This document shows positions 1 to 11,619 of a stretch of DNA of 64,000 nucleotides, one piece after another. Source of the stretch: Rhodosorus marinus CCMP1338 (taxonomy: Eukaryota; Plantae; Rhodophyta); NCBI GenBank assembly GCA_029953675.1, contig JAMWBK010000013.1:186001-250000 (forward strand). Reading direction: 5' to 3'. The notes beneath the pieces were generated by a model. The model ran no database searches. It was not told the DNA's origin and was given only the letters and a program-made list of their open reading frames with translations. Every line of letters starts with the position of its first letter. Position 1 is the first letter of the stretch. The translations under genes were made by a program, and so were the position numbers.

Positions 1-2
1 GT

Positions 3-494
3 TTGTACAGAGTGCATCAGTTCTCGAAAGTGGAGCTCTTCGTTATCGCAACTGAGGATCAGAGCGATGAGATACATCAGGAGCTGCGTGCTATGGAGGA
101 AGAGATGTTCGAGAGCCTTGGGCTGCACTTCAAGACGCTGGATATGCCCACTGAGGACCTCGGGAACCCAGCGTACCGCAAGTTCGACATCGAAGCGTGG
201 ATGCCAGCCCGCGGCGAGTCCGGCTCCTACGGAGAGATAAGCTCCGCTTCAAACTGCACAGACTACCAGGCCCGGAGACTGAACATCCGCTACAGGGAAG
301 GGAAGGGGGACAACAAGTTCGCCCATACGCTCAACGGCACTGCCTGCGCAGTGCCGAGAATGATCGTCGCCATCCTGGAGAACAATCAGCAGGAAGACGG
401 CTCCGTTGTTGTCCCAGAAGTCCTTCGGCCTTACCTCGGCGGCATGGATGTCATCCGACCCAGCCCGAAGAAGAAGGAAGTGCTCAAGTCGTAG
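3..494 (+). CDS. serS: Seryl-tRNA synthetase, C-terminal part (organellar/bacterial-type); 5' end lies outside the window
   Basis: ORF 3..494 contains class II SerRS motifs: [68 protein letters not shown]. Ends in TAG. Confidence 0.97.
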   Translation: MYRVHQFSKVELFVIATEDQSDEIHQELRAMEEEMFESLGLHFKTLDMPTEDLGNPAYRKFDIEAWMPARGESGSYGEISSASNCTDYQARRLNIRYREGKGDNKFAHTLNGTACAVPRMIVAILENNQQEDGSVVVPEVLRPYLGGMDVIRPSPKKKEVLKS

Positions 495-922
495 TGTGCA
501 CCGTGTCCTCTTTACAGATATCTGCGACCTAACTTAACTAAAACAAATATGTTTGCGTCTGATTGTGACGCGGGATCGAGGCATCGACGAAATGCTTCCG
601 GCAAACAACGTTTGTAATGTGAGCAACGGGGAGCCTGATCTATGATCCGACCACCCGCTGCCTTGTTTCTATTAAGGGTAATACCAATCGGTCCATGCTT
701 TTGTACACTTTCTGCCCGGATAAAAGACTGAGTTTTACGTGTCTAGTTCTCGGCTATGATCCATTTGATCTCGGGAAGATCGAGATGCGGCGCCCCAACC
801 TTTTTAACAGCAAATATAGAGCCGCTTTTGGGTCCCCTCGGTACCGGGGAGCGGTCTTGAACACGATGATTCCCCATGTCCTGATTGAACAAGAATCTTC
901 TCCTTCCTTGAGCTGCACCGCT

Positions 923-1294
923 TCAAGCGCTGACCGAAACCGCAGAAACGGCATCCCTAATCATCGGGGAGAGCTTCTTCGTTCGCGACAGGCGAACTAC
1001 ATCGTCGCCCCCACCCACGCTCTTACCATTCACAAACACGTTCGGTACTGTCCTACGACCAGTCTTCCTCGCCAGCGCTTGCTGGATGCGGTTGCCATCC
1101 CTCATCCGATCGATCTCAAACACCACCGCGCCGTCAAACCCAGCCACGTCCCTCACCGCAGAAATCTCCTTCTTCGCCATTGTACAATACGGACAGTACG
1201 ACTTGCTGAACACAACAACAGCATTCTCCTTCACAAGCCGCTCAATCCATTCCTCAATGCTCTCCTCAGCCTTTCTCTCAACTTGCTTCGCCAT
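923..1294 (-). CDS. GRX: Dithiol glutaredoxin (CPYC class), intronless
   Basis: First in-frame ATG at 1294 (MAKQVERK...). Motifs VVVFSKSYCPYC, RRTVPNVFVNG, GGGDD. Confidence 0.95.
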   Translation of the reverse strand: MAKQVERKAEESIEEWIERLVKENAVVVFSKSYCPYCTMAKKEISAVRDVAGFDGAVVFEIDRMRDGNRIQQALARKTGRRTVPNVFVNGKSVGGGDDVVRLSRTKKLSPMIRDAVSAVSVSA

Positions 1295-2539
1295 CGCCAC
1301 CACAACCCCTCTCTTAACAAATACTAAAAAAAACCACCACCGTTTTTTCACAGAATACAATCTCCTCTCTACTCTACTCTCTCCCTCTCTGTCTCTCTCT
1401 CCAAACAACTTCACCTAACCCACCTTCAGAACTCCAGTCCGAACCCTTTAAGTACTCATAGTCCTCGCCTGCATCTACCCAACCAACTAGGCCCCTTCCC
1501 TACCCTCCTAATACCAGTCTTCTCAACTAGTACAACTGTCATCCATCAGCTCCAAACCAACATCCCCCCCAGAAACGAAAATCAATCAATAAAAAGATGT
1601 ATCAATCAAAACATTTTCTCCGCAAGTCCTCCCGGCAGCATTTAAACCAAACTCCTACCCCTCTTTCCCAAACCGTTCCTTTTTGGTTCTTTTCCTTCTT
1701 ATTTTCATTATAATTGATATTATTATTTATCCGAGTTTGCAGATACCCCCTTCTCAGATGGTGTTTTTTTGCTGGCTGTGGAATGAAATTTTATTCAATT
1801 TCTGGAAACGAAGAAATAGGTATTTTTAACCCCCCCTCCCTCTTATCAATAAATCCTGAGATTTATAACCTAAATATGTTTTATTTATGATTTTAGAGTA
1901 TTTGGGTGTACTTTCAAACCCCCTCCTGTTGCTATCGGCAGAAATATTTGTTTTTAATAATTTCTGGAATCGTCTGGTACGTTCAAGAGAAATAGGTTGT
2001 CGAAATTGGATTTGTAGAAGGATGATTGGATAAAAGAAGCAATAGGACAGATGTTTATTGGGTAATGAGATACATTAGTTGTTTTCGTTGGTTATAATTC
2101 CACGTGGGGAATTTTAGTTGGTTACAAATTTGTTTTTTAAATATTCTTGTAAGTGTAAGTTGGAATTGATGGGGATGCACTTTGGATACTTACAAATTGC
2201 ATCGGATGTGGGAGAGTTTGCATTCGGAGTTGCGAAGGATGGATCCATGGATCGAGTAGAACTCTGCCTGCACGTGTTGGATCTGTTTAATCGGACAGAG
2301 CCGTTTCTTTCTCCGCGTTGTTAGAATCTTGCTGAAGTTCTCGCCAAGCCCAATTGGCACTTCATATTCTTGAGATTGCTGTTTTCGCTTTACTTGAACG
2401 ATTGGGGGTTTTTTAACGCGTCGATAGACTCTTCAGTCCCTCTTGCCGGGCCCCACTAGATAGCTCTTTAGTGAAGCGTTCACGGGTTTTAGCCGGGCCG
2501 CGAACGTCTACACTGCCAAGCTAGCATAATATTCCAAGC

Positions 2540-2770
2540 AGTCACACTACAAAGAAGCCATTTCGATTGAGAAGCCCGATGAGAAGTTCATCCCCATCGC
2601 GATCGAGACTTTTGGGCTCAACGACCAAGAATTCTTGCGGAAAAGATTCGAGCATCTACTTGCATCGAACGACTGAGCTGGGCGACGTGCGAGCTTATTT
2701 TTTGAACACGGCTTTTTTTGGCATGGGAAGCCGGAGCTTGGGATGCGAGCTCTGCGTGTGGACCAGTTGA
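2540..2770 (+). mobile_element. Degenerate 3' end (restriction-like endonuclease region) of a CRE-like non-LTR retrotransposon
   Basis: Translates YKEAISIEKPDEKFIPIAIETFG..EFLR, matching the F-x-P-x-A-x-E-T-x-G motif of RLE non-LTR elements. Homologous to 23980-24200. Confidence 0.6.
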
Positions 2771-3049
2771 AGAATCCTCTGATTCCCCTTTTCACTTGAA
2801 CGGAGCACGGGACCCCAGTAGCGGCAGAACCCTTTTACCTAGAGAAAAAAACAGTGTTGTGGCGTATTCAACCGTTCTACCCAGTAGACGTTAGGCTACT
2901 AAATATTCCATTATATCCACAGTCTTGTTGGTTTTGTTGTTGTTGTCTAAATTCATACCGAAGGAATCCAAGGTACAATATCCTACTTCTTTACTGTCAG
3001 GTCGGCTTCCAGAACTACAAGTTTAGCGGAAGGTAAAAGGCACGAATCA

Positions 3050-3400
3050 TGGCCCCACGTTGGGCTCAACCCACAACCTGCTCATTCCATCAGCTTGTTT
3101 TTAAGGTTTATTGTTGGTCACGATATGGGCAGCTGGACAATAATAGTCCATCCACCGCTTGATGAGCTCTGGCTCCTTCCTTGATTAACTTACCAGATCT
3201 TTCATTCCACATGCCGAGTGTGGTGAAGCCGTCGGTGCGAGCGTAATCTTGAGGCTGACATCATTGCCGAAGCCTCAGCCATGGAAGCACCAAAGGTAGA
3301 TTCCACAAAGCACTCTTTCTCATCCGTGCTCTCGATGGCAGGCCCCATAGATGTGGTGGGCAACCATCACGTTAGGGCAGAGATTCCGCCCAAGAAAATA
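3050..3400 (-). mobile_element. Degenerate Ty3/Gypsy RNase H fragment
   Basis: A stop-riddled frame ends ..KEPELIKRWMDYY..IVTNNKP*KQADGMSRL, resembling the RW...N..ADALSR end of LTR RNase H. Confidence 0.4.
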
Positions 3401-3899
3401 GTGAATGGTAAATGTTCTAAATTCCGTCTTCCCCCTGATGGCATGCACTGAGTCAAATCGTTCTTGCCGAAGGTTTCCAGGGATAAACAAAACCCGGAAA
3501 AGGTCCCAGACTGGATGCTACAGATTTCCAAATAAATTAATTCCAACAGAATTGTTCAGTCTATCTATTTTCATCCACTTTTAAAGAAATTATACATCAT
3601 CTTATATTCCACTAAATTCATCACAGGTACAACATTTTCTTTTTAAAAACGTTCTCTTCGATTTAGAGGGAACTACCTGACCGTCAGCCGAAAGCTTGAG
3701 AGAGAGAGAGGGAGAGAAGGTAGGGGGAGGGGGTTTGGGGGAGAATTGAGTTTGTATTGTGTTAGATGAACTAAATAACTAATATTTCATAGAAAATGGA
3801 CCTAAAAAAGGAAAACTAGTAAAGCACGGATCTTTGCACGGCTCTTGAGGTTTGTAAGATTCCTATCGTTAGGAGCGGCTCCCAACTCCCATGATTGGA

Positions 3900-4340
3900 A
3901 ATTACTTTGGGTTGGTTTGACAGTTTACATAGATGTCTCTGACTCTCTGGCGTTGACTGTTGTTTTGCTCTTGGACTCGCGTCATCAGCGTCTCCCTTCG
4001 ATAGGCTCTGAATAAATTGTTGTTGTTTTTCCTCTTGGAAACCCATCGGGCTGCGCACCAGCTATTTTCTGGCAGGGGGTAGGCAGGGGGTTGCGGCCCT
4101 CTTTTTCCAGAAGTGGGCGCCCAACAAGGCCCTTCCATCACCGCCTCTACGCATGTTCCAATTATGGAGGTTCGAAGCCGCTCCACACAATGGAAATCTT
4201 ACAAACTGAAGGAACAGTTTCAAATTTTCCCTCTTAGTACTGATCCAGCCGCACTGGGGCACTGTACAGTTGGTGTGCTTTTTTCAAAGTATTTCCTGGG
4301 GCCTCTCATTCATTGCAAGTTTATTGGCTTATTCAAGAAA
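3900..4340 (+). mobile_element. Possible Mutator-like (MULE) transposase relic
   Basis: Fragments VVLLLDSRHQRLP and ALYSWCAFFKVFPGASHSLQVYWLIQ resemble the MULE D-x-N...P and VFP-x-A-x-H-x-LC-x-WH motifs. Heavily decayed. Confidence 0.3.
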
Positions 4341-4708
4341 CATAATTATAAATAATTTGTTTACAAAACCATCATAACCGTTCTCCATTGGCTGCGGGCT
4401 GTTTTTGCTCTGTGATCTATTGGACTGACCCCCACAAACCGTTTCCAATGAGCGACCTTCAAAAAATGAAAACAACTATATTTTTAGAAGTCCATCCAGG
4501 ATATTTATTTATCGATAAAAATAGAAGGACAAACTTAGGTCGACCGCAAAAGGATAAACACAGAAAAACGGAATAATTCGGAGCTTTTCCCATGTTGCTG
4601 GTCTATAAATAAACAAAAAACGTAATCCGCCCATTCACGTTGGTCGGTAAAAAAGAACCAACTAAAAATACACCAAATGAAAAAAAAAACTTTCCAAAAA
4701 AAAAAAGG

Positions 4709-4754
4709 TCTACAATTGTACGTGATCCTTTTTGGAATCACGTACAATTGTAGA
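4709..4754. repeat. Perfect 18-bp inverted repeat (hairpin, 10-nt loop)
   Basis: tctacaattgtacgtgat-cctttttgga-atcacgtacaattgtaga. Confidence 0.95.
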
Positions 4755-4838
4755 AATATTGATAATTATTATTCGAAAACAAAAAAAGTGCCCTGACGGT
4801 TTGTGTTAGGCCAATTTGTCAAGACAAGGGGATCTAAC

Positions 4839-4869
<31 letters not shown>

Positions 4870-6043
4870 GGGGGGAGGGGGTTTGGGGGGAGAATTGAGT
4901 TTGTATTGTGTTAGATGAACTAAATAACTAATATTTCATAGAAATATGGAGACGTCCTAAGGGGTAAAAATTTAATCAGAAGATAGACCGCCGGCGAGGG
5001 CAAAGACGTGCGTGCCGAAGCTAGTCAGTCCCTATGGTTAAGAGATACGAAGTGCTGATGACGAGTGTGTCTAAGGGTACATGGCATGGCAGTGACTATC
5101 CAAGATCTCCAACATCTCTGAAGTCTGAACTGAGCTGTGGACACAACTACAGCCCTGTCCTTACTTTCCTGACGGTTTTTTTTGGTGAGGCCTATAAACG
5201 TACAGCAGGTTGGCTACACGACTAACAACTTATTACCTCCAATTTCCACCTCTACGAGCGCGCTCCCCTTCCTTCTAGTTTTCCCACTTCCAACCTCCAG
5301 CTCTCTCTCTCTCTCTCCCACCCAACTCTCTCTCTCTCTCTCCCACCCAACTCTCTCTCTCTCTCTCTCTCTCTCTCCCCCTCAGTCGTGCTACCATCAA
5401 CACTTTCCAAAAAAGCTCCAAAAAAGAGTCCAAAAATACTCCCCACCCCCCCCTAGAAAAAAAAATTTCTTCTTACTTTTTTCAAATAAATTAATTCCCG
5501 CAGAACTGTTCATTCTATCTATTTTCATCCACTTTTAAAGAAATTATGGATCATCTCATATTCCACTAAATTCATCACAGGTACAACATTTTCTTTTTAA
5601 AAACGTTCTCTTCGATTTAGAGGGAACTACCTGACCGTCAGCCGAAATAGATGTTCTGCTCAGCTACTTATTTTAATACGTTTTATCTACCCCTTTATTA
5701 GGGGTTCGTCAACAACTCAAAATCGTGAAATTTAGTGCGGTTAAAAGTGGTGAGCTGGATTTTACGATTTTGAGTAAGGGGGGGATATTTCGATGCGAGG
5801 AGGAATGGAAATGGATATCCTCGGGGATGGATAGGGTTGTGGGGTTGAGGCCTGAGTGAGAGGTGGTTGGTGATATATTTGAGAGTGGCTTGGCAAATTT
5901 CTTTGTTTTGTGCGAGTATATATAAGAGTGAGCAGGGTGGTGGAGGGATTGCAAGTGGTGAAGGGGGAGGGGATGGGAGACTGTGGAGGGGATTTGAAGA
6001 AGTAGTTGGTTTTTTGGTTTGGATGTATTGTGAGAACTAATTG

Positions 6044-6451
6044 ATGGCTGCGAGGAATACGGAGATGATTGTGAAGGACTGCTTGCGGGAGCCGGTGGTG
6101 ATCTTCTGTACGAGCTCGTGCAATAGCACTCGTGAGGTTAGGTACGACCTTGCTGTTGCTCGGGAGGGTATTCCCGGGGTGAGGAAGTCGACCGTTGTTC
6201 ACCTCGATAGGATTCGAGGAGGACGGGCGTTGAGGAGGCATTTGGTTGAGACGACGAACGTCAAGTCTGGACCGATTGTCTTCATTGATGGCAAACTGGT
6301 GGGCAGCACGGACGAGGTCAAGCGGCTGCACCGCGCCGGAGAGTTGAGAGGAATGATCGAGGAGGCGGTCAGAAAGTCCCGCTTGAGACGCGGACACAGC
6401 TCTTCAGTACGCTACGACAGCCACTTGCCTATCGTATCACAGGACGCCTAA
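6044..6451 (+). CDS. Atypical glutaredoxin-like protein (CNST active site)
   Basis: Grx fold signature PVVIF-CTSS-CNST..., SGPIVFIDGKLVGSTDEVKRLHRAGEL. Alignable to the 923-1294 paralog. Intact ORF with a GT-rich 5' leader. Confidence 0.85.
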   Translation: MAARNTEMIVKDCLREPVVIFCTSSCNSTREVRYDLAVAREGIPGVRKSTVVHLDRIRGGRALRRHLVETTNVKSGPIVFIDGKLVGSTDEVKRLHRAGELRGMIEEAVRKSRLRRGHSSSVRYDSHLPIVSQDA

Positions 6452-7612
6452 AACACGCCCGTACATAGTGTATAGAATTCTAGAAAAACATTAGAAAATG
6501 GCCCGTATTTACAGCCTCGGCTGCCGGCTCCCACACGGAGCCGTGAAGACGAGAAACATAACTACTAACAAAGGGCTCACAAACTTGCAGGAAAGCAAAC
6601 AAATTTAATAAAGCGAGAAGATTTGAATCATGCGTTGGAGCCAAGAATACAAAGCGCTAGTTTACAGAATGACTTTGAGGCCCTTTCATCGATCACTTTC
6701 CAAAAGGACTCGGTGCAGACTGCAGTAGGATCTCTGTTCTGTAAAAAGAGCTCATTGTTTGGAATGAGCTACATTTTCTAGAGATCTACAGGGACCCGCT
6801 TGTGACTCTTTACCTGGTCCGGAATCTGTCCGAACCGAAATCTGAAGTCTTGAACCAGAGAAACTTTTGCTTTTTGACTGACTTTCGTCGATTTCTGTCG
6901 GAAGCCATGCAGACCAGATCGAGTTTCCCTATCGCTGCCCTGGAGGCTGCTCCCGAGTGTAATAGAAAGGCTGCGTTTTCTTCGTTTGCTTCCGAGCCAC
7001 TTCATGGATTACCGTCTACGCGCTGTCATACATGGAAAAGCATGCCTGCTACAGCTAGTACTGGAGGTTCCTGACCTTCTCTGAAGGTGCTTCGCTCTGA
7101 GCACATTCTTGGCGTGAGAGAGAGAGATAGAGAGAGAATTCAACGCTGGCTCAGCCGACGTAGCGGACTAGCAACACGCACCAGCTCACTTTGCGCCATT
7201 GAGTACTTTTCGGACGGTCTCTAGAATAAGCCAAAGCAAACTTTCCAAGCTTCTAGGCGTCAATCTGAACGCCGTGAAGGGAAGCCTACTTTATTCAAGA
7301 TGCAATGCGTTCTCAAGTCCACAAAGGGCAGATAGAGAAAACACAAGACCCCTCGAGCTCTCCGTTACGTCAACAGACAGTTCGTAAGCTTCTGTTCACG
7401 TTTGGTTTGAAGTCGACGAAGGTATTTGATAGGACCCGAAGCGGAACGTGCGATCAGAACGGCGCGAGTGTTATCTTCTTCTTCTTCCCGACACGGAAGA
7501 AGAAGAAGGCAACGCTGCTGCTTCTTCGACATGTTGGAACTTTTCTTACAAGCGCAAGTCAATGAGCCTTATCCTTCAGACCACGTTCATCCGACGCCTA
7601 TCGGAGAAGGGC

Positions 7613-8658
7613 TCAGTCGCTTGGCTTTTTCTTCACAGAAAAGTTTGACATGGGTGACGATACTGCCAACCACGTGTCGTACTCTGGATGAACCTCAAGC
7701 ATCCGATGATGTCCCTGACCGTATCTCCAGAACTGTTCGATAAGGCCTAGGACATCTGTCGAGTAGTCGTGCTTGACTACGGCTTCAGATACGAACGTGA
7801 TGCTATTGGTGGGGCCAGCCTTTCTCGCGCGGACGCAGAACTCGACGTCTTCGAATGCCGGCGTCGCGAACAGCTGATCGAATCGGAACCCATCCGGAAG
7901 CGCGTCAAAGTGAATCGACATGTTGCAAGTCGTTCCGTACAGCAGGTTGTTTTCGTCCTCGAGCATTCTTCCGTTCAGCGTACCGAACACATCGTGGTAG
8001 ATGGACACCCACCTCTCTGGGTTGAGCGATATGGTTCGACCACAGGCGATGCCCGGGAGTTTCTTCTGCTGGGCACGGTGTGCAGCGCACCAGTTGGCGT
8101 CAGGCACGACGCAGTCCGCGTCAAGAAAGCACACGGTTTTGATCTCTGAACGGTTGGCCCGACACCAGTCCATCGCCGTGTTCCTCGCCGATGCCGGGCC
8201 AACATTTGGGCAGTGTCGAAGCAGGATAATCTTCGGCCACGAACAGGATGCCTGGATAGGTTTCTGAAACTGTGTCGGAGATCCGTCATCGACAACAATC
8301 AAGACTTCGTCATCCTTCAGAATCCGACGAACACTCTGTACAGCCCGCTCAAACTGTGTCAGCGAACGATTCGTCCTGACCAAGACGGGTATAACCACCG
8401 CGTGCTCTACTCCAGACTGACTCTCGGGCCTCTCGACCTCCTCGACGTGCTTGGAGACGTGGCGATCGGATCCGATATGCCTGCTCTTCGAACATTCGCG
8501 GGCCCAAATCTTTCCAAACGAATAGATGATCGTTAACAAGAACTGACTAGGTCTAGTCTACCTACGACATCGCGATACTTCCCACAGGCTCTCACGTTCC
8601 ACCAGATGTTGCACAGGAGTCCAATCCACGCACCTCCGGAGCTCTTCACAGCAGTCAT
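7613..8658 (-). CDS. GT2-family glycosyltransferase with a probable N-terminal signal-anchor
   Basis: Motifs AVVIPV, LIVVDDGS, NVGPASARN, FLDADC, FEDVEFC, QFWRYG. Likely ATG 8658 (MTAVKSSGGAWIGLLCNIWWN) joined by a predicted ~53-nt GT-AG intron (8595-8543) to FLLTIIYSFGKIW. The 5' structure is less certain. Confidence 0.9.
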
Positions 8659-9899
8659 ATTTGGAGAGGAATCGACCCGAAGTGCGGCCGGGGGGCGAGT
8701 GGGGGAGTAATGGGGTAAAGAGGCTCTCAAGAACAGCTTTATTTTGCTCGTGACTGACCGACGAAACCCAAACGACCTCCCTTATCGAGCAACACATTAA
8801 GCAACGGCAACGGCGACTAGTCAAGAAGAAGGGAACTCGGGTGCGCTTCCTCTCAGTGTAGAACTGGTCGTTCGTATATAAACCCGTCCTCCCCACAAAT
8901 AATCTGAGTACGTTGCCTTTGGCGACCTGCATTCTTCAATGGATTTCACAAGATCCAAAGAGGGTGCACCGCGAGATACGCCCAGAACAAGGCTCTTTTA
9001 TCCTACTCTGGAATTTCAAGTCTGTTATATTCCTATATTCTATGTATATTTATATTTAAAAATATGATTTACCCTTATTTGGTTTTTTTGTTAAACATGT
9101 TGAGGACTCGTCCTAAATTCCGGAAGCAAACGCCCTCGTGCGTTTGCTTCTGGGACAACCCCTGGGGGTCAAGCGAGCCCAACTGGGAATGGAAAAAGCG
9201 TTCGGAATTGAGCCAAAAAGGCTCATTTTAGTCAAGAACCTGTCTCTGCTATCCTCTTTGTGGGGGTTGCAGTCTTAAACCAGCGGATGTTACGCAGGAT
9301 CACCGGTTCTCCACATCCATGATCCTCCCGTCGAGTTGATACCGTATTTGATAGACAAACCCTATCTCTTTCAGCGACAATACCCTCCGAGGAGAACGTC
9401 CTGACCTATCCTCGATTCTTGACAAGATCGAAACGCCTGGTGAATGAAGTTGTGTCCTTTCACACCACACCCGGAACCTGGCTGAGGGGGTTTGGATGGT
9501 TATCGATCCCATCTCTCCACGTGGGTGACCGCTTTGTTTGTTATCGATATCACTGATTGTCCTGCTTTGAGATTGATTTCATCTAGTAGAACAGTATCTG
9601 ATTGGAAAAACTTGAAGCCCGAGTTCCTCGTAGAGAGACGCGGCAACTTCCTAACGGCGCTCTCCTTGCCGTTGACCCGTTTGGAGTCGTATCTGGTTGC
9701 GCTTCCGCTTATGAAATAAATTCATTCATATGAACGCTGCTTTCAAGTTTGGGGCACATTGTTGCAGTAGTCTACTCGGGGAGGGTCCGGCTTAAACGTC
9801 TTCCGAAAAGAGGCTAATGAAAAACCAGAACGTGTGATCCTCTCTTTCTTGGTTACCAGCCTCTTCTGGATAGTAAACCCAGGACAGCTGGGTAACCCC

Positions 9900-10800
9900 G
9901 CATGCGCCGGGGCTTCAAGAAAACAATGGAGCATTGCTTTGTGAGACCAAACTGAGGAGACCAGCAGTCTCCGGTGGGAGGCAGCGAGCCAGCCAACAAT
10001 AGTTTTTGGCACCCTCTTGATCCATGAAAGGCCCAGAGATTCAAACGGGACCAACGCCAGAAAAGCACTGACAAGTAATCCGGCCTTTGACAGAGGGGCT
10101 TCACAAGGAAACAATGGAACATTTGCTGAAGTCAGGAGGCCAGCAGTCTCCGGAGGGAGGCAGCCAGCCGGTCAACGATAGTCTTTCGCACCCTCCTGAT
10201 CGATGAAAGGCCCAGAGAATCAAATCACAAAGCAGACCAACGGCAGAAAAGCAGCACCGAAACCGGCCAGCCCTATATACTCAACCGGGAGTGGCGTCGC
10301 ACAAGCAGCACAGCTGACTCAGTGTCGTCATCTCTTTGAGCCGAGCAAGATACCCTCCTAGTCCATGAAAGGTCCAGAGATTCAAATTGGACCAACTGCA
10401 GAAAAAGCACTGAAGACGGCCAGCTCGAGGTATCAACGGGAGTATCGTCGACAAAGACCGCAGCCACCTTGTGTGGTCATCGTCATACTGAGCAAGAACA
10501 CGTTAACCTACCCGGTCAGTACAACGGCACAGGTCATTGACAGAGTTGGGAGTGCTGCGGTTGGCAACACTTGACAAGGACAGCTGCTCTGTTCGTCATC
10601 TTTCAAACACAACGGAACCCAGCGGCATTGAAGGGCATCAACGAACTAAGCAACGCTACCTTGTGTCTTCATCTTTATAGTAGAGCAAAGATGTGTGGAT
10701 CTGCCCGGCAACTGGTCTTTTGCAGTAGCAACGCGCACCAGGCCATTGACGGTGCTGCTGGCCAACATTTGACAAGGACAGCGGCTGTGCTTTTTCTTTC
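9900..10800. repeat. Diverged tandem repeats (about 160-200 bp units), possibly a decayed LRR-like gene on the minus strand
   Basis: The anchor atgaaagg(c/t)ccagaga recurs at about 10024, 10203 and 10365; ttgacaaggacagc recurs at about 10570 and 10770. Minus-strand peptides FESLGLSWIKRV and FESLDLSWTRRV are LRR-like. Confidence 0.6.
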
Positions 10801-10975
10801 CCATCTTTTTGGAGGAGGAGACGCTGTTTGGCTGTCATCGCGTCTTCTTGGGGCGGGTGTAGTCACTAGAGTTACAAGTAGCTTGTCTAGTTGACGTGGA
10901 GAAGAGAGAACTTTGTTTTTTGTTTGCTTTTGAGAACCGAGGGAACCAACGTTCCGGGAAGGAGGGGAATCGACA

Positions 10976-11432
10976 ATGGGGGGACTTTGGAGCAGAGACT
11001 TGGAGGAGGAGAAACTGTTTGAGGATCATGTTCAGGATCTGGTAAAGGAGTCACCCGTTGTAATCTTCTCCAAGACGTACTGTGGATACTGCGCGTCAGC
11101 GAAATCAGATATCAAGGCCGTTGGGAAGCAGGTGGAGAACTTTCCAGGTGTGAATACGTTTGAGTTGGATCAGATTTCGGGTGGATCAAAGCTCCAAGCG
11201 GCTTTGTCAAGGATGACGGGAAGGTATGAATCGCTAAATGCGTCAAAAAAATGTTGTTTTACGTGTGGTGGATTTTTTTGAGCTGATCTGAGCGCACCAA
11301 CAAAACAAACACAGGTATACAGTTCCCAACGTCTTCGTTCTCGGGGAATCGATCGGCGGCGGAGACGAAGTCAGCATGTTAAGACATTCCGGCGGGCTTA
11401 AGAAGCTTCTCGAAGCCGCTTCCAAAGCCTGA
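10976..11432 (+). CDS. GRX: Dithiol glutaredoxin (CGYC) with N-myristoylation-type N-terminus; one intron, 11224-11314
   Basis: MGGLWS...PVVIFSKTYCGYC...MTGR|YTVPNVFVLGESIGGGDE. The GT-AG intron restores the TVP motif in frame. TGA at 11430-11432. Confidence 0.93.
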
Positions 11433-11619
11433 CCCGTTTCATCAAAGCTATTTTGAATGCGTTTTAGTACCTTTCGGAACCTAAAACAATGAACAGGCTT
11501 GTCCTCTTACTATGTAAGCAAGGCCACGAACAGGCTGTTTATTCCTCCAAATCGCGACCACGACGAAGCTCTCCTTTGCCTCACGTTGTCTCAGTCCGAC
11601 CAGAACCACCGTCGGAAGC

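Larger units (their letters stand above)
3529..5647. repeat. Two interleaved direct repeats: A (3529-3693 / 5483-5647, 165 bp) and B (about 3698-3800 / 4843-4950)
   Basis: Near-identical copies read directly, e.g. ttcatcacaggtacaacattttctttttaaaaacgttctcttcgatttagagggaactacctgaccgtcagccgaaa (A) and gagaattgagtttgtattgtgttagatgaactaaataactaatatttcatagaaa (B). Confidence 0.95.

Noticed and set aside
695-1327. 210-aa + strand ORF
   Set aside because: It is the antisense shadow of the CPYC glutaredoxin and has no motifs. The same applies to 5762-6397, 15414-15977, 27845-28246, 35046-35567 and most other overlapping ORFs in the track.
8543-8565. A 23-nt mini-intron in the GT2 5' region
   Set aside because: A ~53-nt intron with a GTGAGA donor gives the same phase, fits the intron sizes seen elsewhere, and yields a better hydrophobic anchor.
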